A DNA stretch of 64,000 nucleotides from assembly GCA_004764695.1 (NCBI GenBank), contig SMSO01000007.1, positions 2,177,270 to 2,241,269 of the forward strand, in the 5' to 3' direction. This DNA is from Schizochytrium sp. TIO01 (taxonomy: Eukaryota > Protista > Bigyra: Labyrinthulomycetes). Both the position numbers and the translations under genes were made by a program. The notes below the pieces were generated by a model. That model had not been told where the DNA came from. It ran no database searches and was given only the letters and a program-made list of their open reading frames with translations. Of this stretch, positions 1 to 10,295 are shown piece by piece. Numbering within the stretch: position 1 is the stretch's first letter; every line of letters starts with the position of its first letter.

Positions 1-81
1 GATACATCTTCCAAAGATGAAGAGTTGGTTGAGTATGTCAACCCTCTACATGTGAAACGTACTTCGTCAACGTCATCGTGA
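1..81 (+). CDS. 3' end of a gene truncated by the window edge (DTSSKDEELVEYVNPLHVKRTSSTSS*)
   Basis: Frame 1 is open from base 1 to TGA at 79-81. The peptide looks protein-like and is followed by T-rich 3'UTR-like sequence convergent with the next gene. Confidence 0.5.
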   Translation, partial: DTSSKDEELVEYVNPLHVKRTSSTSS

Positions 82-552
82 CTACCAGATCGGCATCATC
101 GCGAACAAGCGCGAGCCTGTTACATTTCTTAACTCTGAGCAGCATAACCTCTTACGTGCTCGCTCTTTCTTCTTTTCTTTTTTGAACCCTATGAACCTTT
201 TATCTGGTACAATCTCGCACTTTATTCCGCCTCATTCATGATAAAACGTAGTCGTTAGACCTACTGTAAGTATGCGACTACAATCAAAAGACGTTTTTGG
301 CATCTATGATGTGTGCTACTGAAAGCGTTAGGATTTTCTTTCTTTGTTGCTTTCTCCAGATTTCACTCGTTTTGTTCTACTTGTTGTTATTTCTGATCAA
401 TGATGAAGAGATTTTATTGTTACATTTTACTAATTCCTCAACTTTTTTGGTATCAAAATTCGCTTATTGTATAAGTGTGGGAGCCTTCCTTCAGGTGCTA
501 CTTGTTGACAAAAGAACATAGTTTCAGAATTCATTGGTTGTGTATGTCTAGT

Positions 553-3500
553 TTACTTTGGGCGTTCCCATACAGATGCTCCTGTGTGGTGGTTGTAATA
601 GTACGAGATCTGATTAGCATCATCCCAGAACTCTTCCCAACCCTCTGGTAATGCTTGATGAAAATCTTGAGCTTCGGCTTGAGCTTTGCCACTTTGAAAA
701 TTCTGTCGCCCAGTGGTTTGGCCTGCAACCTCCGTCCGCGCTGCTTCGGACGTGAACTCCTTAGGTGTTTCTAATATACTGGGAGATTCGAGCCCTTCTG
801 CAGCAGATTCAACCGAGCTACGCCTTCTACCACCTACTAAACGTGAGACTCCATTCCAGCGGCTTTGTAGACGAGCCTGAGTTTCTGGGTCGATATACTC
901 ATCTCTCTTCTCTGCAATAAAATCTTTGGTTGTCTCTAAAGCCCCCGCAAGTCGTCCACCAATTTTCTCAGCAAGCACATTTCCTTCTCCACGTTTCGCT
1001 TTAACAAGGCCTTCTTGAGCCATATTAAGCTTACCAATGAGGAATGAGTTAATCTCAAATGGAATCTCACCCTTGAAAGGTACATCAATGTGAAGCTTCA
1101 GAGTACAAGACTGAAAGCCTTTGGGTTTCTTGCTTGCAAGTGTTGCAGCACGGATTTTCTTTGTCATGTCTCTTTTGAGCTGCTTTTTAGTAGGTGTTGA
1201 AGCATCAGACTCGGCAATCTCTGTATCATTTATTCCTGCATCTTCACCTGCCTCTTCATCATCCCCGGGCAAATCGTTCTTCTTTTTCTTCTTCTTTTTC
1301 TTCTTCTTTTTCTTCTTTGCGTTCTCATCTGGAACGTCCCAATAATTCTCCGTGGCTTGACGCTTGCGACGTCGCTCTTCTTGTATGCGACTCACGGCAT
1401 CTTCAGGCTTATCTGGATCATTTTCAGCCTTATCTCCAACACTTGTGATTAAAAAGTACTGATCATTCAACCGAATGTAGTCATCTTGTTCGACAAAAGT
1501 CTTCCACTCCTCCGTTACATGAATATACAAACATTCATTATCATGAATTTTTATAGGGCCTGGAAGGCGTTCTCCATAAGGTAAAGCAGCACCCGCAGCA
1601 ACTGCTACGCGGCCCCATGCGGTACCCTTCCAGCCCATACGCTTCTTTTCTTTGGTTTTTTCATCGTCAGTCTCAAAAATTGGCGCAATACCTACAACAG
1701 CCTTCAGACGGTTTGTCAACTTCTTACGCTCTGCCATATCATGCTTCATAAGACGCCAATGATCACGTTCTTTTAACCTTTGAGCTCGTAGCATTGTTTT
1801 GCCTACTTTGCGATCTCGTCGGCCGCGATATAAGGCTTGAAGCTTGAGAGCTACCTTCTCCATACCCTCTTGCTCAGCCTGTTTTCTCAATACTTTGTTC
1901 CGCTCAGCATCTACCGCAGCCTTCTTCTTTGCGCGAATAGCATTATCATGAGCCGCGAGTTCCATAGAATAATATGGCAGCGGGTAGAAATTGTGTAAGC
2001 GCCTGTTTCCTTTGCGATGTAGATCCTTGAGGCAACGGGAACAGAAATCGTCACCGCATTCCTCGCATCGCCAACGCACAGCCCTTGACTCACATTCAAT
2101 ACACACCTTCACTACTGGCTGCCATTTGTGCTTCGACATGGATGCCTGCTCTCCACTCGGATTTTCACACATTGGCTCGTCTTGCCAAGGTGGTGTTATA
2201 AAATGTGCAATCTCAAAACATGTACAACAGAATCCACGCCGACATGTATGACACATTCGAGTAACAGCTTGGAAGTTGCAATCTGAGCAAATCTCGATCT
2301 TGGTGAATTTATGTGTAGGAAGATCATGATGTTCCTGACGGTGGCAATCTGCGCACATGGGATCTGCACAATCGATACAAGCCAGAACTGCTGGTTCCTT
2401 TTTACACTTGGCACAGTTAACAACAAACTCATCGTCCTTTTTGGGCATGACAATGCTTACTTCAGCATCTTCCTCTCCAAGAATTTTTGGTTTAGTCCAC
2501 GAACTACTTCCTGTCTGTAAATTAAACCAGTAAGGATCTCCCGAATCTGGATCAATGCATCGTTGGATATATCGTTTTGCTAATGCCCTGGATAGCTTTT
2601 TTGCACGACACATGCGCCAGAACGTCTGAATTCTCAGAGCCGCAATATTGCGTTGTTTTGCTTCGATTTCGCGAGCACGCTGCTCACGCACACGATCAAG
2701 AATACTACGACTAGCAACTCCCCGAAATCTTCGTTGAACCATAATTGCTGCCCATTGCATACGATTTTCAGCTCGTTGCTTAAGTGCAAGCCGCTGCTGT
2801 TCAGCGTAGCTTGCTCTCCAAATATGTTCGTGAATTAAACGAAGCAGAAGGCCTCGTTTCCCACGGTGCCTGCGATAGTAGTATTGCTTCAAAGACTCTT
2901 CACGAATTTTGGCTTCTTCTTTACGATCACTATCTTTTTGCTCCTGACGAAGAGTTCGCGCAGCTGCCGGGTCTTGTATGCGCTTAGTTTGCGCTCTCTC
3001 TATTTCTACATGACTTTTGTATTCCTGTATCTTCGCGTTTACATCTTTTTCAAGAAATAGCACATTGGCCAATCCAATTAAAGCCTCTCGGAATTCTGCA
3101 TAGCCTAATAACTTGCTATTTGGTTCTTTTGCCTTGGCAAATACCAAATCAAGTGTGGTTCGCTCTACTTGTTCTAGCCCTGGGGTCGACAGTATCACCT
3201 TCGTAAATTTTTCGCCGGACAGCTGTGCCTGAGGTTCTGCAAGCTTGCAAAATAGAGCGCGCAACTCTCCACCACCTTTAGCGTTGTTTAAAAAACCTGC
3301 ATGCAGCAAGAGGCGATATCCCTCAGCGGCTTGTGCAAGTAACGTTTCTATTCCACCTTGCTGGCGCAGCTCAAACCATGTTCGCTCACTCTCTAAGCGC
3401 TCGCGGTAACCCTTTTTCCAGAGGTAATGACGCATAGCTCGTTGGCAGATCAGCGATGCTTCTGTGTTAATTTTAAGTTGCTCTCGATAGACAACCATCA

Positions 3501-5958
3501 TTTTTCGCGCAAGACGCCCGCGCCAGCGCTTTTGAATGCGGCGGGCGGCTTTATGACGCTCAAGAATGATGAGAAAATGTCGCCGTCCGCGGCGAGCTCG
3601 AAATCTGGCTTGGATCTTGGAAGCAGCCTTATCCATAGCAATCTTATTCAATCTTCGTCGTACTTGAATACCACGCCAGCGACTTTGAAGACACAAAGCA
3701 GCAGCTCGTACTTTATCTCGCCGAAGTTTTGTGACGATTTGGTTCTTCGCAGCTCGCCGACGTTTTACGCGCTTTCGAGCTTTATGGCCGCGCCAAGTAC
3801 GCTGAATTCGAGTCGCTGCGCGATCTTGACGTGCAGCAATAAAGGGGTCTACATTCTTTCGAATTGTATGAAGTATACGTCTATTTTTGGTCAGATTGAT
3901 CGTTTGCCCAAAAACGTTCATGGTTTTATCTTGCATATTCTTCACTCTTGCTTCGCCACGGCGTGCTTTTAGATCAATTGCCTCTTGCCGCATCCTCTCA
4001 ACAAGCGCACGGGCACGGCGAATGCGGAACCTTTTCTGTAACAATACAGCAGCTGCTGTCTGCTGAGCATGCTCCTTTCGCTTCTGAATGAGTGCAGACT
4101 TAAGACGAACTTGAGCCCATACACTTCGCCAGAATGCCTGGATACGGATAGCAGAGCGTCGCTTGACTACCGTCACCATCGATCGAGTCAGCCACAGCCG
4201 CTGCAACGAGCGCCACCAAACTTGAATTAGAGAAACCGCGCCAATACGCATCAAACGTGACTCAATAGCTGCCTGTGCTGCAGCTCGGGCCCGCTCTTTT
4301 GTCTCAACAGCAAGAATCTTGCGCAGAAGACCTGCATGAACTCTGGCTTGGTGTCCTCTGAAAACTCTTTGAATATGCCCTGCATTTTGATTTCGATATA
4401 CTTTGACAGCTAGCAAAGCAGCAGCCATGAGTCTTGATTTTCTAGCACGCCATGAGCATTGCACGCATACTGCAGCCTGTAGCTGTCGCTTGCGCCACTT
4501 GAGCTCTTGCCGTGCGCCATACATTCGAAATGCACGCTGCAAAGGTTGGACTGCTTCCATGCGCAGTTCAATACGATGCCGAAGTTGATCTTCAAAGCGC
4601 TGTTGCTGGCGCGACTTTTGGTACGCACGTTCTGCAAGTTCAAGATGACATTGTTTCTTAATAAATAAGGCTTGGATTTTACGAGCCGCTTGATGAAGAG
4701 CTGCTTGTCGTAGAACTTCGGTATGTGCATACCATCGATTCCAGCATGGTATCAGTGCTGCTCTTTGATATCTATTGATAATCCGCCTAAGGCTGCGATG
4801 AAGCTTATCCTGATCTTTACGAGAACTTGCTGCCAATAATCCTTTTAGCCTATGCTCGAACAAAGCAGTTGATGGTACCATCGCTCTCGCATCGCGAATA
4901 AGGTTGCCTATACGTGCTCGTGTCGCTTCCAGGGCAACTTCTGATCCATGCAAGCTTTCACGCAGATGTGAAACAGAGCCTTGTTTTGGAATCGTTGTTT
5001 CACAAGACTGAGTATAATCTTCAACATGTCGGACTCGCTTGCTGCGCTTGCGTTTCGTTTTTGAGTGCTCTATTTGTTCTTTGAGTGGTTGTTTATATGT
5101 GCTCATATTTGACTTTAGTACAACTTGATCCCTCTCAAGGCTATGTACATGTGGATATCGCAAACCAGATCTTGGTAAATCCGGTTCGTGCATGAGTTGT
5201 GCATTGGCTTTGGCTATGCCCCAAAGCTTCGCATAAAGACTGTTCTTCTTAGTAGCGTGCCCTATCTCCTTTTCAGAAGACATATTGAGAAATGACGAGT
5301 CAAGCTCTGCCAAGTGAGCCAACTCCGTCGGGCCTGGCCGAGGCAAACGCTGGATTTTCTTCTGCATGTGTGGTGTGATAGTTGAAAGGATTGGGAACTT
5401 TAAATCGGCGCGTTGCTTAACCCATTTCCCATAGTCCTCTCCGGCGCCTTCAGGACGAACGCCCATCATTTTGGGAGCAACTTCCCGTAACCTCCTCATA
5501 ATATTCTCTGGTGTATCATGGTGGCCCTGTGTTTCAAAAATATCATCTATTTCAGGGGTCTCTATGTTATCATTTCTAAAACCAGGGAACTCCACAGACT
5601 TTTCCGAAGAAGAGGCAAAGTTGAAGTCCTCTTCATTAAGTTCACGAAGAACCTGATCTAGGGAAAGAAGCTCCCGACGAACCCCAACATAATTTCGCGG
5701 TCTCTTTCGTGATACTGGTTTCGGTGCCTCGTCGCTGTATTCGCTACTCACTTGTGAGGTTGTCTCGACATCATCGACATCTTCTTCTTCTTCTTCATGA
5801 AGACGTGCATCATGATCGCTTGAATCATCCTGGTCATTGTTGCTAACTCTCAAATGTACGCCAAGATTTGGTTCTTCCCTCGGCGCGCTCGCACTCTCAC
5901 TTGCAGAAACAAGTGAGCGATGCTCAAAGGAGCGAAGCACTCGGTCTCGAGCCTGCAT
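553..5958 (-). CDS. 1801-aa multidomain protein: many IQ calmodulin-binding motifs, p25-alpha (TPPP-like) domain, two WW domains, tandem B-box zinc fingers
   Basis: Repeated IQxxxRGxxxR motifs (IQRVFRGHQAR, IQRTWRGHKAR, LQSRWRGIQVR, IQKRWRGRLAR, LQALYRGRRDR). p25-alpha-like segment LSGEKFTKVI..TTLDLVFAKAK..LLGYAEFREALIGLA at ~3065-3270. WW domains DPDSGDPYWFNLQTGSSSWTKP and LPEGWEEFWDDANQISYYYNHHTGASVWERP. Cys/His B-boxes, e.g. CIEC..CEECGDDFCSRCLKDLHRKGNRRLH. Confidence 0.9.
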   Translation of the reverse strand: MQARDRVLRSFEHRSLVSASESASAPREEPNLGVHLRVSNNDQDDSSDHDARLHEEEEEDVDDVETTSQVSSEYSDEAPKPVSRKRPRNYVGVRRELLSLDQVLRELNEEDFNFASSSEKSVEFPGFRNDNIETPEIDDIFETQGHHDTPENIMRRLREVAPKMMGVRPEGAGEDYGKWVKQRADLKFPILSTITPHMQKKIQRLPRPGPTELAHLAELDSSFLNMSSEKEIGHATKKNSLYAKLWGIAKANAQLMHEPDLPRSGLRYPHVHSLERDQVVLKSNMSTYKQPLKEQIEHSKTKRKRSKRVRHVEDYTQSCETTIPKQGSVSHLRESLHGSEVALEATRARIGNLIRDARAMVPSTALFEHRLKGLLAASSRKDQDKLHRSLRRIINRYQRAALIPCWNRWYAHTEVLRQAALHQAARKIQALFIKKQCHLELAERAYQKSRQQQRFEDQLRHRIELRMEAVQPLQRAFRMYGARQELKWRKRQLQAAVCVQCSWRARKSRLMAAALLAVKVYRNQNAGHIQRVFRGHQARVHAGLLRKILAVETKERARAAAQAAIESRLMRIGAVSLIQVWWRSLQRLWLTRSMVTVVKRRSAIRIQAFWRSVWAQVRLKSALIQKRKEHAQQTAAAVLLQKRFRIRRARALVERMRQEAIDLKARRGEARVKNMQDKTMNVFGQTINLTKNRRILHTIRKNVDPFIAARQDRAATRIQRTWRGHKARKRVKRRRAAKNQIVTKLRRDKVRAAALCLQSRWRGIQVRRRLNKIAMDKAASKIQARFRARRGRRHFLIILERHKAARRIQKRWRGRLARKMMVVYREQLKINTEASLICQRAMRHYLWKKGYRERLESERTWFELRQQGGIETLLAQAAEGYRLLLHAGFLNNAKGGGELRALFCKLAEPQAQLSGEKFTKVILSTPGLEQVERTTLDLVFAKAKEPNSKLLGYAEFREALIGLANVLFLEKDVNAKIQEYKSHVEIERAQTKRIQDPAAARTLRQEQKDSDRKEEAKIREESLKQYYYRRHRGKRGLLLRLIHEHIWRASYAEQQRLALKQRAENRMQWAAIMVQRRFRGVASRSILDRVREQRAREIEAKQRNIAALRIQTFWRMCRAKKLSRALAKRYIQRCIDPDSGDPYWFNLQTGSSSWTKPKILGEEDAEVSIVMPKKDDEFVVNCAKCKKEPAVLACIDCADPMCADCHRQEHHDLPTHKFTKIEICSDCNFQAVTRMCHTCRRGFCCTCFEIAHFITPPWQDEPMCENPSGEQASMSKHKWQPVVKVCIECESRAVRWRCEECGDDFCSRCLKDLHRKGNRRLHNFYPLPYYSMELAAHDNAIRAKKKAAVDAERNKVLRKQAEQEGMEKVALKLQALYRGRRDRKVGKTMLRAQRLKERDHWRLMKHDMAERKKLTNRLKAVVGIAPIFETDDEKTKEKKRMGWKGTAWGRVAVAAGAALPYGERLPGPIKIHDNECLYIHVTEEWKTFVEQDDYIRLNDQYFLITSVGDKAENDPDKPEDAVSRIQEERRRKRQATENYWDVPDENAKKKKKKKKKKKKKNDLPGDDEEAGEDAGINDTEIAESDASTPTKKQLKRDMTKKIRAATLASKKPKGFQSCTLKLHIDVPFKGEIPFEINSFLIGKLNMAQEGLVKAKRGEGNVLAEKIGGRLAGALETTKDFIAEKRDEYIDPETQARLQSRWNGVSRLVGGRRRSSVESAAEGLESPSILETPKEFTSEAARTEVAGQTTGRQNFQSGKAQAEAQDFHQALPEGWEEFWDDANQISYYYNHHTGASVWERPK

Positions 5959-6618
5959 TCTTCCCTACCAAGAGTCACCACCACCGCCCCGTGTAAGCAG
6001 GGCCTGCTGCCTCCCCACGCAGCGGCCCTTGCAAGCAGCACAACACGTTTAGTGCAGCGTGTCGTTCGTAAATCCCAAGAACCAATCAACGTCGTAGACC
6101 TTGAGCTCAAGCATACCTAAAGTAGAGAGCTCAAGCAGGGCCTCTGAGCACGTTGGCCACACTGAGTGACTGAGCACGTTGGAGGTGTGTACTCTTGTAC
6201 GATCCGTTGCAGAGTAGACAGATAGACCGAGTCCCTTTAATGCTCTACAATGCGAAACTTGACTAGAGAACAATGAGAAGTCCGATCAATAGGATCGAGG
6301 TTGAGGCAGATAAAGCAACGCCTGAGGTAGAGAAGCTGGGCACCAGGAAAAGTGCCCCGAATGTATGATCGAGTGATTGGCTTTTAAGAGACTATATTAA
6401 ATTGCTAGTCGGGAGGAATTGCTTTTCTGCGCGATTCTTCTCCTGTTTTAGTCATTTGTTTGACTAGTCTTGGACTCTTCTGCGGTCGCTGAGCGGATAA
6501 ACTACTTGTGCTATGAAACGTGCGTGTTGCCATTAAATACTGGATGTACGCTTAGGCCAGGTGACTCTGCAAAACAAGTGGAGTTGGCAAGTTTGCAAAT
6601 TTCTTCGAGTTGAGCGCA

Positions 6619-9600
6619 ATGAACAACAATCGGCAGGCTACGAAGATGTACGCACACGCATCAGAGGAGGCCAGAGCTGTGCTGCTTAGCTTGCAGCGTG
6701 ATATGCAGAGAAGAAGGAAACATGACGGAAGCGCTTTAAGTGTCAAGGATCCTGACAAAAATGAAAGCGATGATGAGGATGAAGAAGATTTTATTCCCTA
6801 TTGGCTCGAAACATCTGACGAAGAAGGCGACGTCGAAGCAGGTGAAGGTGATGATACAATAACACCTGTGCAAAGCCGTGGCAAAGAGGCGTTGCTTAAA
6901 GCGGGTCGAAAGATTATGATTTTGAATGCAGGGACCTCGGTCTCAGAACGGCACTTGTCAGGTCATTCCGTAGAAGATGGAAAAATGAAAATGTATCGTG
7001 CGCACACTTCACTTGCTCGTAGCAATAATGGAGGCCGCTCTTCACGGGGAGTTAGTGGGGAAGGAGGCAAACATCAAAATCGCCGCGGCTCAAACAAGGA
7101 GTACGATGTGCTTTCTGCAATTGTACATTTCCAAAACCAGTTTCGAAAATATGAAGCTGCAAAGACGAAAGCTCAGCAGGATCGAGCTGCAACAGTAATT
7201 CAAAGGCATTCGCGAAGGCTTTTATGTCAAAAAAAATTACCGTCCAGGTGCCAACATCACAAAGCTTATCGTCTTCAGCGCGCATGGAACCTTTTAAGAG
7301 GTTTCTCTATTAACTCTCCAGAGTCCAGGTACCGGCTTGAGGCGTATGACGGACTAATGAATGCACTTAAAAAGGACATGACGCTTCAGGATGTTTTAAG
7401 TGAAATTTTAAGCGATGAACTCTTGACAAGTATGCACTGGGACATGTTTTCCCCTTCCAAAGCTTTGCGTTTGTCTTCAGCTCGCTTCTTCTGTGAGCTT
7501 GCACATGATCACCTAGGAAACCAGAGGTTATTATGTCGTCTCAATGGATTAACTGTGGGAAATGTTCGAATCATTGCGGTGACGTCTGCTTTCGAGACAA
7601 CATATCGAGAATGGTGTGAGGAACATCAGTCTCCAGTCACATATGAGGGCACTGTTTCATTTATTCAAGGTGTAGTGGATACAGCATATCATTTCTATGA
7701 AAGTACATTCCATTTGGATAAGCCATCTTCTCTTCGTCGATCAACATTTTCGTACCCAAAAGCCTATTCTTGGCAGGAGTTAGATCCACAGAAACATTTA
7801 ATCGGTGTCATCATGTGCGAAAATATACCTCGGGCACTGGCAGCATTCGAGAAGGGTCATATTTCTGAACTTCGGGATATCTTCACGGAAGCTGTAAAGC
7901 TTCATGATGCTACGCATGATCTATTTGATGACCTTGTTCCTTCCGCTCCCTACTATTCGCTGCTTATGTCACTTCGGCGCCGCTGGCAAGCAGAAGAAAT
8001 GTCTCCTCTAATGCAACGGTATCTAGAACTTGATCATACTTTAGAAAACTTACCATGGTGTGGACGCAACCGACGCGAAGGTGGACCAGCTCTTCAACCC
8101 GAAACTCTTCAGACTACAGGAACGATGAAAAACATACAAGATCTTCTGTCAGAGGAGGCCCTGAGAACAGCTGCTCAAAGTGGATTAACTGTTATGTGGC
8201 ATCCTGTTGCAAGTTCGTACATGACCTTCGTAGCAGAGGCGAGGATCGAACAGGACCGAGAAGGCCAAGAGCTTCTTGCTACGCTTCGGGCCTGTTTCCA
8301 GCATATAACACATCTAAAAGGTACAAATGCACAACCTCTTGATCTTGAAATGCAGCAAGCTAAGTTCGTACGTCGTATTGACCTATGCAAGCAGCTTCAC
8401 AAGATTGAACAGATTCCTCCAAGTCTTCGCTGGGAAGTGTTAGGTTTGTTCGCCAGAGAGGATTTTGGAGCAGCACAGCAGCTTTCAGGATACAAAGATG
8501 CTAAACCACCAGGTCATCGTGTTCGTAGTTTACTTTCATCAGCAGAGGCAACACCAGGGGGGCGAGCCCATGTATATGCACGTTTAGGTCAAGGTGAATG
8601 CAATCATGATTGGATTTCGTGGGCGGAGGTTCTAGCACATTGTCGGAAAGTATTTTATCCTCACGAATTTGTGAGCTGCACCAGCCAGAAGAAAAGCCTT
8701 GGACAGGTACGACCGAAAGTGCCGGTGAACCCTTCTCAAATCGGTGCTACAGCACGACGAGTTCACATATTGCAAAAAATGATGCGCCCTTCCTCAAAAG
8801 GAAATACAGGCCCCTTTGCGCAGTGCATGGAGCGAGAATTACTGATCTTGTCAAAAGCTCTTGGTGCTGCTCTGCCAATTTTAACTCCTGCGCATATTGG
8901 TCCTGCTCCTGAGGTGCCCCAAAGAGTAATCAAGCGCGACCCGGTCGAAGTGGGTGTTGCTCGTGAAGAGCGCCAACGAGCAGTACACGAGGCGCTTATT
9001 AGCAAGATTCGTCCAGAATCAGCAAGAGCAGAACCTGCCCAACGGCGATTCCCTAGTTCACCACGCCAGCAAGTTGCCAAGCTTCGACGAAGCAAGGTGA
9101 TACAATCAACTAAGCAAAAGAAGCTTGCTCATGGTTTGCTCCGTGAAAAGATGCAAATGGAGTGGGCCAAAGAAGCTGCTGAAAGGGACCTCAAAACTCA
9201 AAAGCAACAGCGCGAGCTTTCTGCGTTGCGGCATGCATCCTATGTGGAGTTAGAGCAAAAGATTGAGTTTGCTCGTGAACAGGCACAAAAAGATGCTGTT
9301 CGCCGAGCCAAACCTGGAGTTGAGGCTGAGCACATTGACCCTGAACAGTATCGTGAGCGAATGAGTGAGTACGACAACTATGTGCAAGTGAGGAACCATC
9401 TTGTGTTTGCCAAAAGACGAGACGCTTCAGTTTTATTTCCGAATCCTTCTACACCAGGTATTAGAGGCAGTGCGATCTCTGATATGGCCAAAGAAGTTGC
9501 CCCTACCTGGGCTCTTTCTGAAATGCGTAGACCACGACAGCGCAAAGAGATTCATCGTCTTGATGATATGCGTTTAGCACAAGCTATTAAAAATAAAAAG

Positions 9601-10017
9601 GAGCCACATCAAGCTTCCGAAATGCGTGTAGGAGGATACTTTCTCAAACACCGAGATGTAAAAGAGATTATGGATAAAGAGTACTCTTTAGAAGAAATTC
9701 GCTCTTTTTGCTCAGCATTTGGCAATAGTGCCCTTACTGATCGTCGTATAGGATTTCTCATCGCTGCCCATTTTTACACCAAGGAAAAAGTAGAGACGTG
9801 TATGGGTATTGATTTAAAGACATTACATGGCGACATGTATGAGATTCTTGCTGATCTTCAAAGAGATGAGGTTCCCAAAGCAGTGGAGCTTCAGCAACTT
9901 CAGCTACAAAAATCCAAACAAGAGAAGAATTCAGCCAACCCTGTAGAGCCGGTGCGTCCAAAAGGAGGACGGCGTTTAAATACCATGAAAGTTTCACCTC
10001 GAGCCGAACGTCGATGA
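6619..10017 (+). CDS. ~1130-aa uncharacterised protein with IQ-like motif(s) and C-terminal coiled coil
   Basis: 3.4-kb uninterrupted ORF. First ATG is at 6619 (the track starts at TTG 6610). IQ-like AATVIQRHSRRLLCQK, acidic N-terminal patch, heptad-rich C-terminus. No family recognised. Confidence 0.85.
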   Translation: MNNNRQATKMYAHASEEARAVLLSLQRDMQRRRKHDGSALSVKDPDKNESDDEDEEDFIPYWLETSDEEGDVEAGEGDDTITPVQSRGKEALLKAGRKIMILNAGTSVSERHLSGHSVEDGKMKMYRAHTSLARSNNGGRSSRGVSGEGGKHQNRRGSNKEYDVLSAIVHFQNQFRKYEAAKTKAQQDRAATVIQRHSRRLLCQKKLPSRCQHHKAYRLQRAWNLLRGFSINSPESRYRLEAYDGLMNALKKDMTLQDVLSEILSDELLTSMHWDMFSPSKALRLSSARFFCELAHDHLGNQRLLCRLNGLTVGNVRIIAVTSAFETTYREWCEEHQSPVTYEGTVSFIQGVVDTAYHFYESTFHLDKPSSLRRSTFSYPKAYSWQELDPQKHLIGVIMCENIPRALAAFEKGHISELRDIFTEAVKLHDATHDLFDDLVPSAPYYSLLMSLRRRWQAEEMSPLMQRYLELDHTLENLPWCGRNRREGGPALQPETLQTTGTMKNIQDLLSEEALRTAAQSGLTVMWHPVASSYMTFVAEARIEQDREGQELLATLRACFQHITHLKGTNAQPLDLEMQQAKFVRRIDLCKQLHKIEQIPPSLRWEVLGLFAREDFGAAQQLSGYKDAKPPGHRVRSLLSSAEATPGGRAHVYARLGQGECNHDWISWAEVLAHCRKVFYPHEFVSCTSQKKSLGQVRPKVPVNPSQIGATARRVHILQKMMRPSSKGNTGPFAQCMERELLILSKALGAALPILTPAHIGPAPEVPQRVIKRDPVEVGVAREERQRAVHEALISKIRPESARAEPAQRRFPSSPRQQVAKLRRSKVIQSTKQKKLAHGLLREKMQMEWAKEAAERDLKTQKQQRELSALRHASYVELEQKIEFAREQAQKDAVRRAKPGVEAEHIDPEQYRERMSEYDNYVQVRNHLVFAKRRDASVLFPNPSTPGIRGSAISDMAKEVAPTWALSEMRRPRQRKEIHRLDDMRLAQAIKNKKEPHQASEMRVGGYFLKHRDVKEIMDKEYSLEEIRSFCSAFGNSALTDRRIGFLIAAHFYTKEKVETCMGIDLKTLHGDMYEILADLQRDEVPKAVELQQLQLQKSKQEKNSANPVEPVRPKGGRRLNTMKVSPRAERR

Positions 10018-10295
10018 TAGATACTTAGTATGTTTGCAAACTGAAGAACAATGCTGAGGATGTGGCTTGCAAAGTTATTTAGCACGCTGGAGTGAATTGA
10101 AGGCAGTTAGTTTAACCGAATGTAAGTATTTAACAGATCCGTTCTTATTGGGCCTTTACTTTGACTCTGATACTGCAAGTAAGCTGCGCTTATCAAGCAG
10201 GTAAACCAGACGAGCTAGATTTTATGGATTGAAAAGTAAATATTATTTCTGAATTTAAAACAAAAACGGCAGAAATGTTGTGGAAACTTGGTTGC

